From: Pseudomonadota bacterium
Lineage (GTDB): Bacteria; Myxococcota_A; UBA9042; GCA-2863065
Length of the DNA stretch: 64,000 nt
NCBI GenBank assembly: GCA_005776585.1
Contig: SXOX01000045.1
Location: 53,425-117,424, forward strand
Direction of reading: 5' to 3'
Both the position numbers and the translations under genes were made by a program. Below the pieces are notes generated by a model, which saw nothing but the letters and a program-made list of their open reading frames with translations, did not search any database and had not been told where the DNA came from. Position 1 is the first letter of the stretch; the number at the start of each line of letters is the position of its first letter. Shown piece after piece: positions 1-9,094 of the stretch.

Positions 1-1040
1 GCGTCCGTCTCGTCGCCCGCGAGCGCGAGGACCTGATTGTAGGCCTCCAACGCTGCCGGGACGGACCCCGCATCGGCCTGGACGCGCGCCCGCGCCATCA
101 GCCTATCGATGACCCGACGCGTGAGGCTGGCCTCGACCGACTTGGGGTCGTCGAAGTACGCCGTGAGCTCACGCGCCGGATCGCCCAGGTCCAGCTCGCG
201 CAGGTAGCTCAGCAGCGCGTCCTCGAGCTCGACCATGGTGGGAAAGCGCGCCTCCGCCTCGCGCTCGTGGCACCGGCGAATGATGAGCTGCAGCCCGCGG
301 CTGATGGCCGGGTTGCGCGTCCTGGGATCGTCACAGCGGACCTCCAGGATCTGGCGCAGCAGCGCATGGGGCGAGGTCGCATCGAAGGGGAGCTTCCCCG
401 TCGTGAGGAAGTAGAGCATCGTGCCCATGCTGAAGACGTCGGCGCGATAGTCGAGCGGGCGCCCTTCGACGTGCTCCGGTGACATGTACGCCGGAGAGCC
501 GACGAGCGCGCCCGTGACAGTCATCTGCTGCATGTCGACGATCTGGGCGATGCCAAAGTCCATGAGCTTCACGACGCCGTCGTCGCGGATCATGACGTTC
601 TCGGGCTTGACGTCTCGATGAATGATGCCCTGCGAGTGGGCATGCGCCAGCGCCGATGCGACTTGATGGGAGATCATGGCCCCTATCTCTGGGAGCGTGG
701 GGCACGTCCGATCGGTGAAGTCCTTGAGCGTCTCGCCGCGGATGTACTCCGTGACGATGAAGCTCTCCTCCGACTCGAGACCCGAGTAGTCGTATATCTC
801 GACGATGTTGGAATGCCGCAGCTTGGCGACGGCCTTGGCCTCGCGCTGAAATCGCATGCGGCTATCCGCGCGGCTCGCGAGGTGCGGGTGCAGCACTTTG
901 ACTGCGACCTCCCGATCGAGGGCGAGGTCGACGCCTTTATAGACGACGGCCATGCCTCCCTGACCGACCTCATGGAGGATGCGGTACTTGCCTTTGAGGA
1001 CGTCTTGCACGACGCCTGCCTCCGGTCGCTGCCCGTGCAC
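1..1040 (-). CDS. Hanks-type Ser/Thr protein kinase, N-terminal catalytic domain (C-terminus lies beyond the left window edge)
   Basis: Absent from the ORF track because it is edge-truncated. My reverse-strand translation from GTG at 1040 reads VHGQRPEAGVVQDVLKGKYRILHEVGQGGMAVVYKG (Gly loop), VAVKVL, IIHRDVKPENVMI, LMDFGIAQ, GSPAYMSPEH. Confidence 0.85.
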   Translation of the reverse strand, partial: MHGQRPEAGVVQDVLKGKYRILHEVGQGGMAVVYKGVDLALDREVAVKVLHPHLASRADSRMRFQREAKAVAKLRHSNIVEIYDYSGLESEESFIVTEYIRGETLKDFTDRTCPTLPEIGAMISHQVASALAHAHSQGIIHRDVKPENVMIRDDGVVKLMDFGIAQIVDMQQMTVTGALVGSPAYMSPEHVEGRPLDYRADVFSMGTMLYFLTTGKLPFDATSPHALLRQILEVRCDDPRTRNPAISRGLQLIIRRCHEREAEARFPTMVELEDALLSYLRELDLGDPARELTAYFDDPKSVEASLTRRVIDRLMARARVQADAGSVPAALEAYNQVLALAGDETD

Positions 1041-1133
1041 CTGGAGCCCCCGGGCAGTCTAGCAGGCTTTGCCCGGACGCGAAGGGGTAAAGTGAAATGC
1101 GTTGTTTACTATATTGCCATACCCCCAACGAAC

Positions 1134-2888
1134 CTATGCGCCCCGCTGCGTCAGGGAGCGCAGAGGCACCGTGTCGCCTCCCGCGCGGCGAATGGCTCGG
1201 ACCGCGCTCTCGGCACGCAACCGTCGCTCCGCGTCGAGGCCGGCCTCGACGGCCTCGCGCTCGTTGTCGACGCGTGGCGGAGCCTTGGTGCGCGACGTCT
1301 CGGGCGTGGCGTCAGCAAAGACGATCCGGTGTCGCTCCCCGGCTGCCACCCGAACGGCGGCTTCGATCTCGCTCGCCTCGCCCACCGAGTCCATGCGGGT
1401 CACCACGACCAGCGTCATCGGGGCCCGGAGACGAGCGCGGTCTCGCCCCTGACCCGCGTCGCGTACGGCCCGCTGAGCCGCTAGGACGAGGCCGGTCCAG
1501 CGCCGCGCGAACGGCGCCCCCAGCGCGCGAGGCAGCTCGATCCCGTGAAAACGACAGTAGGTCAGCAGCCACGCCCGCGCGGTGTCTGTCGCCGGAGCGC
1601 CCAGCACCTGCCGCCACCGCTTGATGGCCGTGGCCTGCGTCGACAGCGCGTGGCGTGCGCGTTCGGCGGTGACCTCGACGAGGAACGGGTCATCGACGCT
1701 CGCCGCGATCGGACCCGCCTGACCGTCGCTCAGCTCAGCCGAGCGTGATCCCTCGCGCTGATCCAAGTGCTCCTGCACCCACAGCGCGAGCTCGCCGTCC
1801 TCGATGGCGACATGGGGGTCGTGGACGATGGCCTCGACCTCGACGAGGTGCTCGAGGATGCGACGGCGCGTGTCGGGACCCGACGCCGCCTGCGTCGTGC
1901 CAAAGACGACGTCGCCGTAGGTCACGAGTCCCACGCGGTGGCCCTGACGTCGCGCCAGCGCCGCCTCCGCAAAGCCCGCCACGAGCGCGACGGCCGCGTC
2001 CAACGCGCGCTGCCCCGGAGCGCCTTCCCGCATCGCCTCCCCGACGTCCATCACGAAGACGACGCCATAGGTAGACTCGCCCTCGACCTCTCGCACGATG
2101 AGCTTTCCGTCGGCGCGGCGCGCGGTCGCCTTCCACGCAATCTGCTTGAACGCGTCGCCCGGGACGTGGTCACGCAGCTCGCGCAGATCCGACCCCATGC
2201 CACGCCGTGGAAGCGAGGCCGTCACGGCATCCGGACTCAGCCCGCGGGGTGCCAAGAGCGCCCAGCGAGGGCGATGGCGAGCGGAACGGGGAAGGACGAG
2301 GACCGCGAGATCGACGGGAGCCTCGAGATGCACACGGGCGCCGACGAGGGCGACCTCGAGGACGACGCGCTTGACGAAGCCGGGGCCCACGCGCAGCCCC
2401 TCGACCTCGCCGCCGAGGACGACGGTCTCCGAGCCTTCGTCGGCGTCGTCGCCAGCCTCGTCCACGCCCAGCGGTGCAGGCTCGCGGACGTGCCGCAGTC
2501 CAGCGCTCAGCTCGACCCGCACCCGCACAACCCGGGGAGCCGTGCCGTGAACGCACCAGCGGAGGGCGACTCGGAGCGGGACCCGGCCCCCGACGGGGAT
2601 CGAGCCATCTCGCGACGCGCGCGCCACGCTGACCCGGAGACCGCCCGCGAAGCGCGGTAGCGAGACGTGCCGCGCCCAGGCGAGGACGAGCGCGACCGCG
2701 GCGAGCAGGGTGGCGCCCCAGGCGATGAGGATCGGCGACGTGGCCGCCAGGCCGACCGCCGCGATGAGCGCGCCGAGGCCGAGTACGGTCTGCGCCTCGA
2801 TCCCGAGCTCGAACCGCCGAGGCGATGCGGTGACGCCCGCAGAACGGGCATCTCCAGGGGCAGAGCCAGTGGCAGCGACAAGGCTCAC
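1134..2888 (-). CDS. DUF58 (VWA-like) domain protein, MoxR partner
   Basis: 584-aa ORF. N-terminal TM helices, then LRELRDHVPGDAFKQIAWKATARR...VREVEGE...VFVMDVGEAM, typical of DUF58. Its start overlaps the MoxR stop by 4 nt. Confidence 0.8.
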   Translation of the reverse strand: MSLVAATGSAPGDARSAGVTASPRRFELGIEAQTVLGLGALIAAVGLAATSPILIAWGATLLAAVALVLAWARHVSLPRFAGGLRVSVARASRDGSIPVGGRVPLRVALRWCVHGTAPRVVRVRVELSAGLRHVREPAPLGVDEAGDDADEGSETVVLGGEVEGLRVGPGFVKRVVLEVALVGARVHLEAPVDLAVLVLPRSARHRPRWALLAPRGLSPDAVTASLPRRGMGSDLRELRDHVPGDAFKQIAWKATARRADGKLIVREVEGESTYGVVFVMDVGEAMREGAPGQRALDAAVALVAGFAEAALARRQGHRVGLVTYGDVVFGTTQAASGPDTRRRILEHLVEVEAIVHDPHVAIEDGELALWVQEHLDQREGSRSAELSDGQAGPIAASVDDPFLVEVTAERARHALSTQATAIKRWRQVLGAPATDTARAWLLTYCRFHGIELPRALGAPFARRWTGLVLAAQRAVRDAGQGRDRARLRAPMTLVVVTRMDSVGEASEIEAAVRVAAGERHRIVFADATPETSRTKAPPRVDNEREAVEAGLDAERRLRAESAVRAIRRAGGDTVPLRSLTQRGA

Positions 2889-3889
2889 GGCAGGGTTGCG
2901 TACACGGTATCCGCGACGATCTCGGCCACGACCTGAGCGACGACCGCTTCGGGTGATGGTCCATCGAGCTCCGCCTCCGGCAGGAGGCGCACGCGATGCT
3001 CCAGGACGTAACCCGCGATTGCCTGGACGTCGTCAGGGATCACGTAGCTCCGGCCCCGCAGCATGGCGTGGACCTTGGCCGAGTTCATGAGCAGCAGGCT
3101 CGCGCGTGGCGAGGCCCCGACGCGCACCCGAGGGTGCGCTCGGGTGGCCGACACCAAGCGAACGATGTACGCGATGAGCTCATCGTCGACGTAGACGCGG
3201 GCAGCAGCGTCGGCCAGCTCCATGATGGTGGGCCCCTCGATCAGCGCACGCACAGGCTCGACGGGCGCACTGTAGGTCCGCAGCAGCCGCCGCTCGTCGG
3301 TCTCGGTGGGGTAGCCGAGCGTCAGCCGGAACATGAAGCGATCGAGCTGCGCCTCGGGCAGCAAGTAGACGCCCTCGTGGTCCATGGGGTTCTGAGTGGC
3401 GAGCACCATGAACGGCGGGTCCAGCCGCTCCGTCTGCCCGTCGATGGTGACCTGTCCCTCCTGCATCGCCTCGAGCAGCGCGCTCTGGGTCTTGGCGGGC
3501 GCGCGGTTGATCTCGTCGCCCAAGATGACGTTTGCAAAGACCGGCCCTCGCCGCAGCTCGAAGCGCCGCGACTCGAGGTCCAGCACGAACGTGCCAGTGA
3601 TGTCCGCAGGCAGGAGATCCGGAGTGAACTGAATGCGGCGAAACGTGCATCCGAGCGTGGCCGCAAACGCCTTGACGAGCGTGGTCTTCGCGATGCCAGG
3701 CACGCCCTCCAGCAGGACGTGACCGCGCGCCAGGAGCGCGATGAGCAACAGCTCTACGGTGCCCGTCGGGCCAATGTAGACCCGCGAGATCTCACGAAGA
3801 ACGGCCTCTCGCAGCTCCGCGGCGCGGGCCAGAGCGGTGTCGTCGAAGGGCACGTCAGCGGCGGCGTGTCGAAGGGCTTGGGACGTCAC
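2885..3889 (-). CDS. MoxR-family AAA+ ATPase
   Basis: 334 aa. GHVLLEGVPGIAKTTLVKAFA (Walker A), FRRIQFTPDLLPADITG, VILGDEINRAPAKTQSALLEAMQE (Walker B / sensor). Confidence 0.92.
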   Translation of the reverse strand: MTSQALRHAAADVPFDDTALARAAELREAVLREISRVYIGPTGTVELLLIALLARGHVLLEGVPGIAKTTLVKAFAATLGCTFRRIQFTPDLLPADITGTFVLDLESRRFELRRGPVFANVILGDEINRAPAKTQSALLEAMQEGQVTIDGQTERLDPPFMVLATQNPMDHEGVYLLPEAQLDRFMFRLTLGYPTETDERRLLRTYSAPVEPVRALIEGPTIMELADAAARVYVDDELIAYIVRLVSATRAHPRVRVGASPRASLLLMNSAKVHAMLRGRSYVIPDDVQAIAGYVLEHRVRLLPEAELDGPSPEAVVAQVVAEIVADTVYATLP

Positions 3890-5325
3890 GGGTGCACTCC
3901 AGGAGTCGATGGGGTGGCGCTGCGCGGGCCGGGCTGACGCGCGCGACGCACATGATCGGAGACGCGCCGAACGTCGACCAGCAAGCGCTGGTAGGCGTCG
4001 TGGCCCATGGCTGCCGTCGCGCCTGGCAGGTCACGCGCCGACGCGACGGACCCACCCAGCCTATGCGACGCCTCGACGCACCTCAAGGCGGCGTCGCGGA
4101 CGGGTTCAGGTGCGTCCCTGACGCGGAGGGGCAGCGCATCGAGCGGTGCCCGATCGGTCTCGAACGCCGCGGCAGAGCCTCCACTGGCGAGGCGCGCGAG
4201 TGATTCGAGGAGGGCGCGGGCTGGGCGCGAATAGTCCGCCGAGTGGCGATCCCGAAGAAGCGCTGCCGCACGATCGAGAGGCTCGCCGCCCCACAGCCGC
4301 ACGCTGGGCCGAGCGCGCGCCTTCGGGGAGGCGAAGACGAAGAGCACCCCGAGGACGGTCACCGCGAGCGCCAGCGTCAGGGCGCGTGTCGTCCATCGCA
4401 GCACCAGCGGGATGCCGACTTGACTGTTGCCGTCCACGGCGAGCGCGTGGAGCGCGTCGACTGCGCGACCAAAGAACCGCTCGAATGACGCGACCGACGT
4501 CACTCGCGTGCCGGCGTATTGTCCGATGTGGGCGACCCCCTCGGGGATCACGATGACCCGACATGGACGCGGCGGGCACGGCTGCGCGCCGCGGCACGGG
4601 GGCTCGGCGCAGTGATACCGGAGGGCGTTGGCGACGAGCTGCTTGTCGCCGTAGGAGCGCTGCTGCATCTCGTCGATGAACAGGCTCGCGTCCGCCAGGA
4701 TGAGCGCGATGCCAGCGCCGCGGCGCACTTCGACGGCCGCGTGACGCTCCGGCTCCGAGTACGACGCGAGAGGGGTCGCAGGGCCCCCTCTCCGGCGTGC
4801 GTCACGCGCCGTGTCGATGACGAGCGCGACGGGGTGATTCAGAACGATCGACTCGACATTGTACCACAGAAACCGTTGCTCGTCGGACGTGAGCTCTCGG
4901 GGCCGCGTCAGCTCGGGGAAGGCCGGGTGCTCGCGGTGAAACCGGTCGTGTGCGACGCCCTCCGGTGAGACGCGGAGGCCCAGGGCCTCGAGCGCCGCGT
5001 CCGGTGGCGCGACGTCGACGGCCACGATGACGTCTCCGCCGTCGTCGAGGAAGTCCGTCAGCGCGTCTGCGTCGATGCGCCGCGACCCGAGAAAGAGGAG
5101 CACGGGCCGCTCGTCACCGCCGCTCGGCAGGGTGCTCCAGTCGAACCGATCCTTGCCGGGAACCAACGTCACGAGCTCCACCCGTGCCTCGGTCGCAGTG
5201 ACCCCGAGGTAGCCCAAGGCGTTCCACTGTCCGTCGCTCGCCGAGAACCACGGCTCCTCCGTCGGCGGGGGCCCGAGGAGCGTGGCGCCAATCGTCCACG
5301 AGACGAGCCACAGTCCGGACGTCAT
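3886..5325 (-). CDS. hypothetical membrane-anchored protein of the MoxR operon (occupies the slot usually held by DUF4350-type proteins)
   Basis: 479-aa ORF with an N-terminal hydrophobic segment. 4-nt overlaps with both neighbours. Family assignment rests on operon position only. Confidence 0.6.
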   Translation of the reverse strand: MTSGLWLVSWTIGATLLGPPPTEEPWFSASDGQWNALGYLGVTATEARVELVTLVPGKDRFDWSTLPSGGDERPVLLFLGSRRIDADALTDFLDDGGDVIVAVDVAPPDAALEALGLRVSPEGVAHDRFHREHPAFPELTRPRELTSDEQRFLWYNVESIVLNHPVALVIDTARDARRRGGPATPLASYSEPERHAAVEVRRGAGIALILADASLFIDEMQQRSYGDKQLVANALRYHCAEPPCRGAQPCPPRPCRVIVIPEGVAHIGQYAGTRVTSVASFERFFGRAVDALHALAVDGNSQVGIPLVLRWTTRALTLALAVTVLGVLFVFASPKARARPSVRLWGGEPLDRAAALLRDRHSADYSRPARALLESLARLASGGSAAAFETDRAPLDALPLRVRDAPEPVRDAALRCVEASHRLGGSVASARDLPGATAAMGHDAYQRLLVDVRRVSDHVRRARQPGPRSATPSTPGVHP

Positions 5326-7091
5326 TGGGCACTCGATGGCGGGTCGCGCGAGGTGTCGCTCTCGCCTGCGTCGCGGGCCAACGTATCCCGGGCCAAGGCG
5401 TCGAGGGCCGTACGCACCGCCTCGGCGTCCGGCGCGCCCGCGGCGCTCGGAGCGCCAAAGTAGAGCCGCTCGAACGCGAGCACCGTGCGTGCCGCGGCCG
5501 CGCCCGAGCGCATCGGACCCCCGGCCGACTCGAGGAGCATGGCGACCTCGCGCGGCGTTCGGGTCCCAAAACGGCGGACACGCCGTGCGTCCGAGGCGGA
5601 GCCGAGCGCAGCCAAGAGGCCGTCGAAGGCACGCGCGGCCAACACGCGCTTTGGGGTCAGGAGCACCTCGGTTGGAAGCCCCCGGACGCCGGAGAGAATG
5701 ACCGGCGCGTAGCCAGGACAGCTCAGCGCGATCGTCGGGGCGAGGAGCACGTCGCTCAGGTCGAGGGAGCCGTCATCCGCCGTGCGAGCCCATCGTTCGT
5801 CGACCCGCACGTCGACGTCCGCCAACGGCCGCCGCGTGAGCAGATCCACGAGGCGGACCCACCCAGGCGCCTGTCGTGGCTCCCCCGAACCCGCGGGGAG
5901 CGGCGGCGGGCTGGCGTTTTGCGGCACGGCCGCGCTCCGATGTGCGGTCGCCGTGGCGCGTCGCTGCCGCCGTTGCCACCGCGTCGCGAGCGCTGCAAGC
6001 AAATCGGCCACTCGGCGCCCGGCACCGCGCCGCCACGCGATCGCCGCCCCCACCAGCGCGAACGCGGCCAGTGCCGGCACTGCGTACTGCGCCAGTGGCA
6101 GCCGCGGCGGGGCAGGGACGTCGATCTCCCAAGGCGCTGACTGCGCGGCAGTCTCCCACGGTGCCAACGCATGAAACGTCGCGCGGACGGCCGCGCGCGT
6201 TGGCCCCATGCGTTCGGAGATCTCTGGCATGGACACCCGGGCGACAAAGCCGCCCCAGGCGTCGGAGATGACGTTCCCGACGAGGATGTCTTCGACCGTG
6301 AGGTCGAGCCGAAGGCCGCCACCGCCACCGGGTCCTTCCAGCCGACCGCTCACGGTGAGCCACGTGTCATCGACCTGCACCGAGTCGAGCGTTGGTCGAA
6401 CGCGGCGCATCGCGAGCACCGTCCGCGTGGCGCTGGCGCGGTTGATGACGTCCGTGCCCGGAAACACGACCTGGAGCCGATGCGGGCCGGCGGGCAAGCC
6501 AGGCAGCGCCCGAAACGTGGCCCGGCCTTCGGCATCGGTGCGCGTGAGCAGGCGCTGCTCCGGCTCTGGACCCAAGATGAGCTCCAGAGGCATTCCTGGC
6601 GCCGGCTCCGCACCGTGGCGTAGCGCGCACAGCACGCGCGGCGCTTGACCCGCTGTGACACGAGAGGGGCTGACTACGACGTCGAGGTCCAGGATCTCGC
6701 GATCGAGATGAAGCCGGGCCTCAGTCAACGCCGGACCGCGCGAGGCATCTCCCGCAAAACGCGCGCGGAGCGTCACCGCCGCGCCCGCCGGCGTCGCTTT
6801 GGCCAGCGCTTCGTGTTCGGCACCCTCGATGCGCACCCGGTAGCGGCCGGAGCGGTCGGTCGTCACAGCCTTGTCACCGACACCGGGCACCGACACGACC
6901 AGCTCTGCGGCGGAGACGGCCTGACCGTCGTCGTCTGAGAGGCGGCCGGTGAGCGCCAGCCCGTTCCACCGTGATGAGACCTCGACGTCCAGCGTCGTGC
7001 GGCTCAGCACGCGCAGCGGCACGGCAAGCGCCGTGGCTGGGACCAGCGAGGCCAACGAGACGAGGAGCATCAGAGCACAGCGCACGCCCAT
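5322..7091 (-). CDS. secreted/TM protein with carboxypeptidase-regulatory-like Ig folds and a C-terminal DUF4129-like region
   Basis: 589 aa. Signal peptide MGVRCALMLLVSLASLVPATALA. LTGRLSDDDGQAV...TTDRSGRYRVRI motif. TM segment LAQYAVPALAAFALVGAAIAW. C-terminal TPREVAMLLE. Confidence 0.6.
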   Translation of the reverse strand: MGVRCALMLLVSLASLVPATALAVPLRVLSRTTLDVEVSSRWNGLALTGRLSDDDGQAVSAAELVVSVPGVGDKAVTTDRSGRYRVRIEGAEHEALAKATPAGAAVTLRARFAGDASRGPALTEARLHLDREILDLDVVVSPSRVTAGQAPRVLCALRHGAEPAPGMPLELILGPEPEQRLLTRTDAEGRATFRALPGLPAGPHRLQVVFPGTDVINRASATRTVLAMRRVRPTLDSVQVDDTWLTVSGRLEGPGGGGGLRLDLTVEDILVGNVISDAWGGFVARVSMPEISERMGPTRAAVRATFHALAPWETAAQSAPWEIDVPAPPRLPLAQYAVPALAAFALVGAAIAWRRGAGRRVADLLAALATRWQRRQRRATATAHRSAAVPQNASPPPLPAGSGEPRQAPGWVRLVDLLTRRPLADVDVRVDERWARTADDGSLDLSDVLLAPTIALSCPGYAPVILSGVRGLPTEVLLTPKRVLAARAFDGLLAALGSASDARRVRRFGTRTPREVAMLLESAGGPMRSGAAAARTVLAFERLYFGAPSAAGAPDAEAVRTALDALARDTLARDAGESDTSRDPPSSAQ

Positions 7092-7117
7092 TCGGCCGGC
7101 GTTATAGCACGCGATGG

Positions 7118-8500
7118 CTACGTTCGCGCGGCGGCCAGCGTGAATCGGAAGGTCGCGCCCTCTCCCGGTCGCGACTCGACCCAGATCGTCCCGCTGTGGC
7201 GCTCGACGATGCGCTTGCAGATGGCGAGGCCGAGGCCCGTGCCGGGGTACTTGGCGCGGGGGTGGAGTCTCTGAAAGATCACGAAGATGCGCTCGAAGTG
7301 CTCCGGCGCGATCCCGATGCCGTTGTCCGTGACCGAGTAGACGACGTCGTCCCCTCGCGCCTCGCCCGAAATCGTCACCACCGGGGCGCTGTCACCGTGA
7401 AACTTGAGCGCGTTGCTGAGCAGGTTCTGAAACACACGCACGAGCTCGGCCGGGTCTGCCATGACCGGGGGCAGAGGCCCGCGGCGAAGCTCAGCGTGCG
7501 TCTCGAGCACGAGCGTCTCCAGGTTGGCGACCGCGTTGTCGAGGGCCAGAGAGGCGTCCGTCGGGCGCGATGCGCCGCTCTCACGACCCACACGGGAGTA
7601 GTCCAGCAACCCGTCGATGAGCCGGTAGGCCCGCGTCACGCCCTGTACAATGGCGCCAATGTACTCGTCTGCGTCGGCGCCAAGCTGGCCCCGGTACCGC
7701 CGCGCCAAGAGCTGCGCATAACTGGAGACGACGCGCACCGGCTCCTTGAGGTCATGGCTCACCGCGTAGGCGAACTGTTCGAGCTCCGCGTTCGAGCGCG
7801 CCAGGTCCTGCTCGGCGCGTCGGCGCTCCGTGACGTCTCGAAACACGGCGAGCGCGCCAATGGGTCGACCGTCGACATCGGAGAGTGGACGCGCATTGAA
7901 GCGCAGCCACGAGCCCTCCGGTCGTCGTGCGGTACGCAGGAGCACGTCGACCTCCTCGACCGGCAGCCCGCGCAGCGCACGCACGAGCGGCAGCTCATCG
8001 CGGGGGCACGGCGTGTCTCCGTCGGCGCGAAAGGTTCCGTACGAGCCCGGATGGCGCAGATCGGCGGGGCGCTCAGCCAGCGGGTTGGTCGACAAGAAGG
8101 CGAGATGCTCGAGGCCGACGAGCCGCGTGGCCGCCGGATTACATAGGACGAGGCGCCCGTCTGGAGCGACGACGACGACGCCGTCGGTCATGCCGTCGAG
8201 CACCGCCTGGAGGATGCGCGTCTGCTCGCGGAGCGCCGCGCGGGACTGCTCGAGCTGCTCATCGCGCTTGCGCAGCGTGTCGCGTGTGACGCGCAGAAGC
8301 GTCGTCGGCGTGAGGCGATCGATCGCCGCACCGTCGGCGACCGTGACCTCGTGGTTCGGCGCCGCGCCCGCTGGCGCATCAGTCGCGCGACCGGCCTCGG
8401 CGTGCGAAGGTTCACCCGCACGACTCCGCTGCTCGCCGCGATAGGCGCTACTGCTTTGGCCGCCCTCTTGGCCGCCGTGCTGACCACGCATGCCCGTCAT
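7118..8500 (-). CDS. PAS-domain sensor histidine kinase
   Basis: H-box SHDLKEPVRVV, N-box LLSNALKF, G1 DNGIGI, G2 GTGLGLAICK, with two PAS-like segments. Start set at the ATG at 8500, preceded by GGAGGAAGA. The track ORF extends to 8599. Confidence 0.85.
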   Translation of the reverse strand: MTGMRGQHGGQEGGQSSSAYRGEQRSRAGEPSHAEAGRATDAPAGAAPNHEVTVADGAAIDRLTPTTLLRVTRDTLRKRDEQLEQSRAALREQTRILQAVLDGMTDGVVVVAPDGRLVLCNPAATRLVGLEHLAFLSTNPLAERPADLRHPGSYGTFRADGDTPCPRDELPLVRALRGLPVEEVDVLLRTARRPEGSWLRFNARPLSDVDGRPIGALAVFRDVTERRRAEQDLARSNAELEQFAYAVSHDLKEPVRVVSSYAQLLARRYRGQLGADADEYIGAIVQGVTRAYRLIDGLLDYSRVGRESGASRPTDASLALDNAVANLETLVLETHAELRRGPLPPVMADPAELVRVFQNLLSNALKFHGDSAPVVTISGEARGDDVVYSVTDNGIGIAPEHFERIFVIFQRLHPRAKYPGTGLGLAICKRIVERHSGTIWVESRPGEGATFRFTLAAART

Positions 8501-8623
8501 TCTTCCTCCGGAGCGCCCGTACTCTACTCCTTGCCGGGCCCAACGGCAACGCCCACCTTGCGCCCCCGACATCGCTGGGGCACGCTCGCCACGACCCACG
8601 AGCGGGTCCGAGAGGAGCGAAAC

Positions 8624-9052
8624 GTGTTTCTTGAGTCCATTTTCGTCGGCGCAGTCGCTGCCGCCCTGGTCATCGGAGGAGTCGTCGAGCCGCCAAGCGT
8701 GGGCGAGCCCAGCGATGACGCGCCCATCACCGCCAACTCGTGCGGTAGCATCTCGAACAACGACATGCGCTACTACTGCCAGGGGTCGTGCGGGAGCATC
8801 TCGAACAACGACATGCGCTACATGTGCCAGGGGTCGTGCGGGAGCATCTCGAACAACGACACCCGCTACTTCTGCCAGAAGTCGTGTGGGAGCATCTCGA
8901 ACAACGACCTCCGCTACTACTGCCAGGGCTCGTGCGGGAGCATCTCGTCCAATGACTTGCGGTACCTGTGTCAGGGCAGTTGCGGGAGCATCTCGAACAA
9001 CGATCTCCGCTACTTCTGTAGCTCAGGAAAGAAGTATCCGTTCGGCAGCTGA
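8624..9052 (+). CDS. small membrane-anchored protein with six tandem 16-aa Cys-containing repeats (CGSISNNDxRYxCQGS)
   Basis: GTG at 8624 preceded by GAGAGGAGCGAAAC, in frame with track ORF 8351..9052. N-terminal hydrophobic helix FVGAVAAALVIGGVV, then the repeats. Confidence 0.6.
   Translation: MFLESIFVGAVAAALVIGGVVEPPSVGEPSDDAPITANSCGSISNNDMRYYCQGSCGSISNNDMRYMCQGSCGSISNNDTRYFCQKSCGSISNNDLRYYCQGSCGSISSNDLRYLCQGSCGSISNNDLRYFCSSGKKYPFGS
8741..9028 (+). repeat. 6 x 48-bp in-frame tandem repeat
   Basis: Read directly: tgcgg(t/g)agcatctcgaacaacgac...cgctac...tgccagg(g/c)(g/c)tcg repeated six times head to tail. Substitutions are concentrated at codons 9 and 12 of each unit. Confidence 0.9.
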
Positions 9053-9094
9053 GCCAGGTCCCACGAGCGCATGCGGCAGCACTGCGTCAGGCCG

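Noticed and set aside
8741-9028. The 48-bp tandem repeats as a CRISPR-like array.
   Set aside because: The units are contiguous with no spacers, are in frame with a plausible start and SD, and vary at specific codons. No cas genes are nearby.
8624-9052. The repeat protein as a RiPP multi-core precursor, or as a DGR variable protein.
   Set aside because: There is no adjacent maturation enzyme, transporter or reverse transcriptase/template repeat in the window. It is kept only as an open possibility in the finding.
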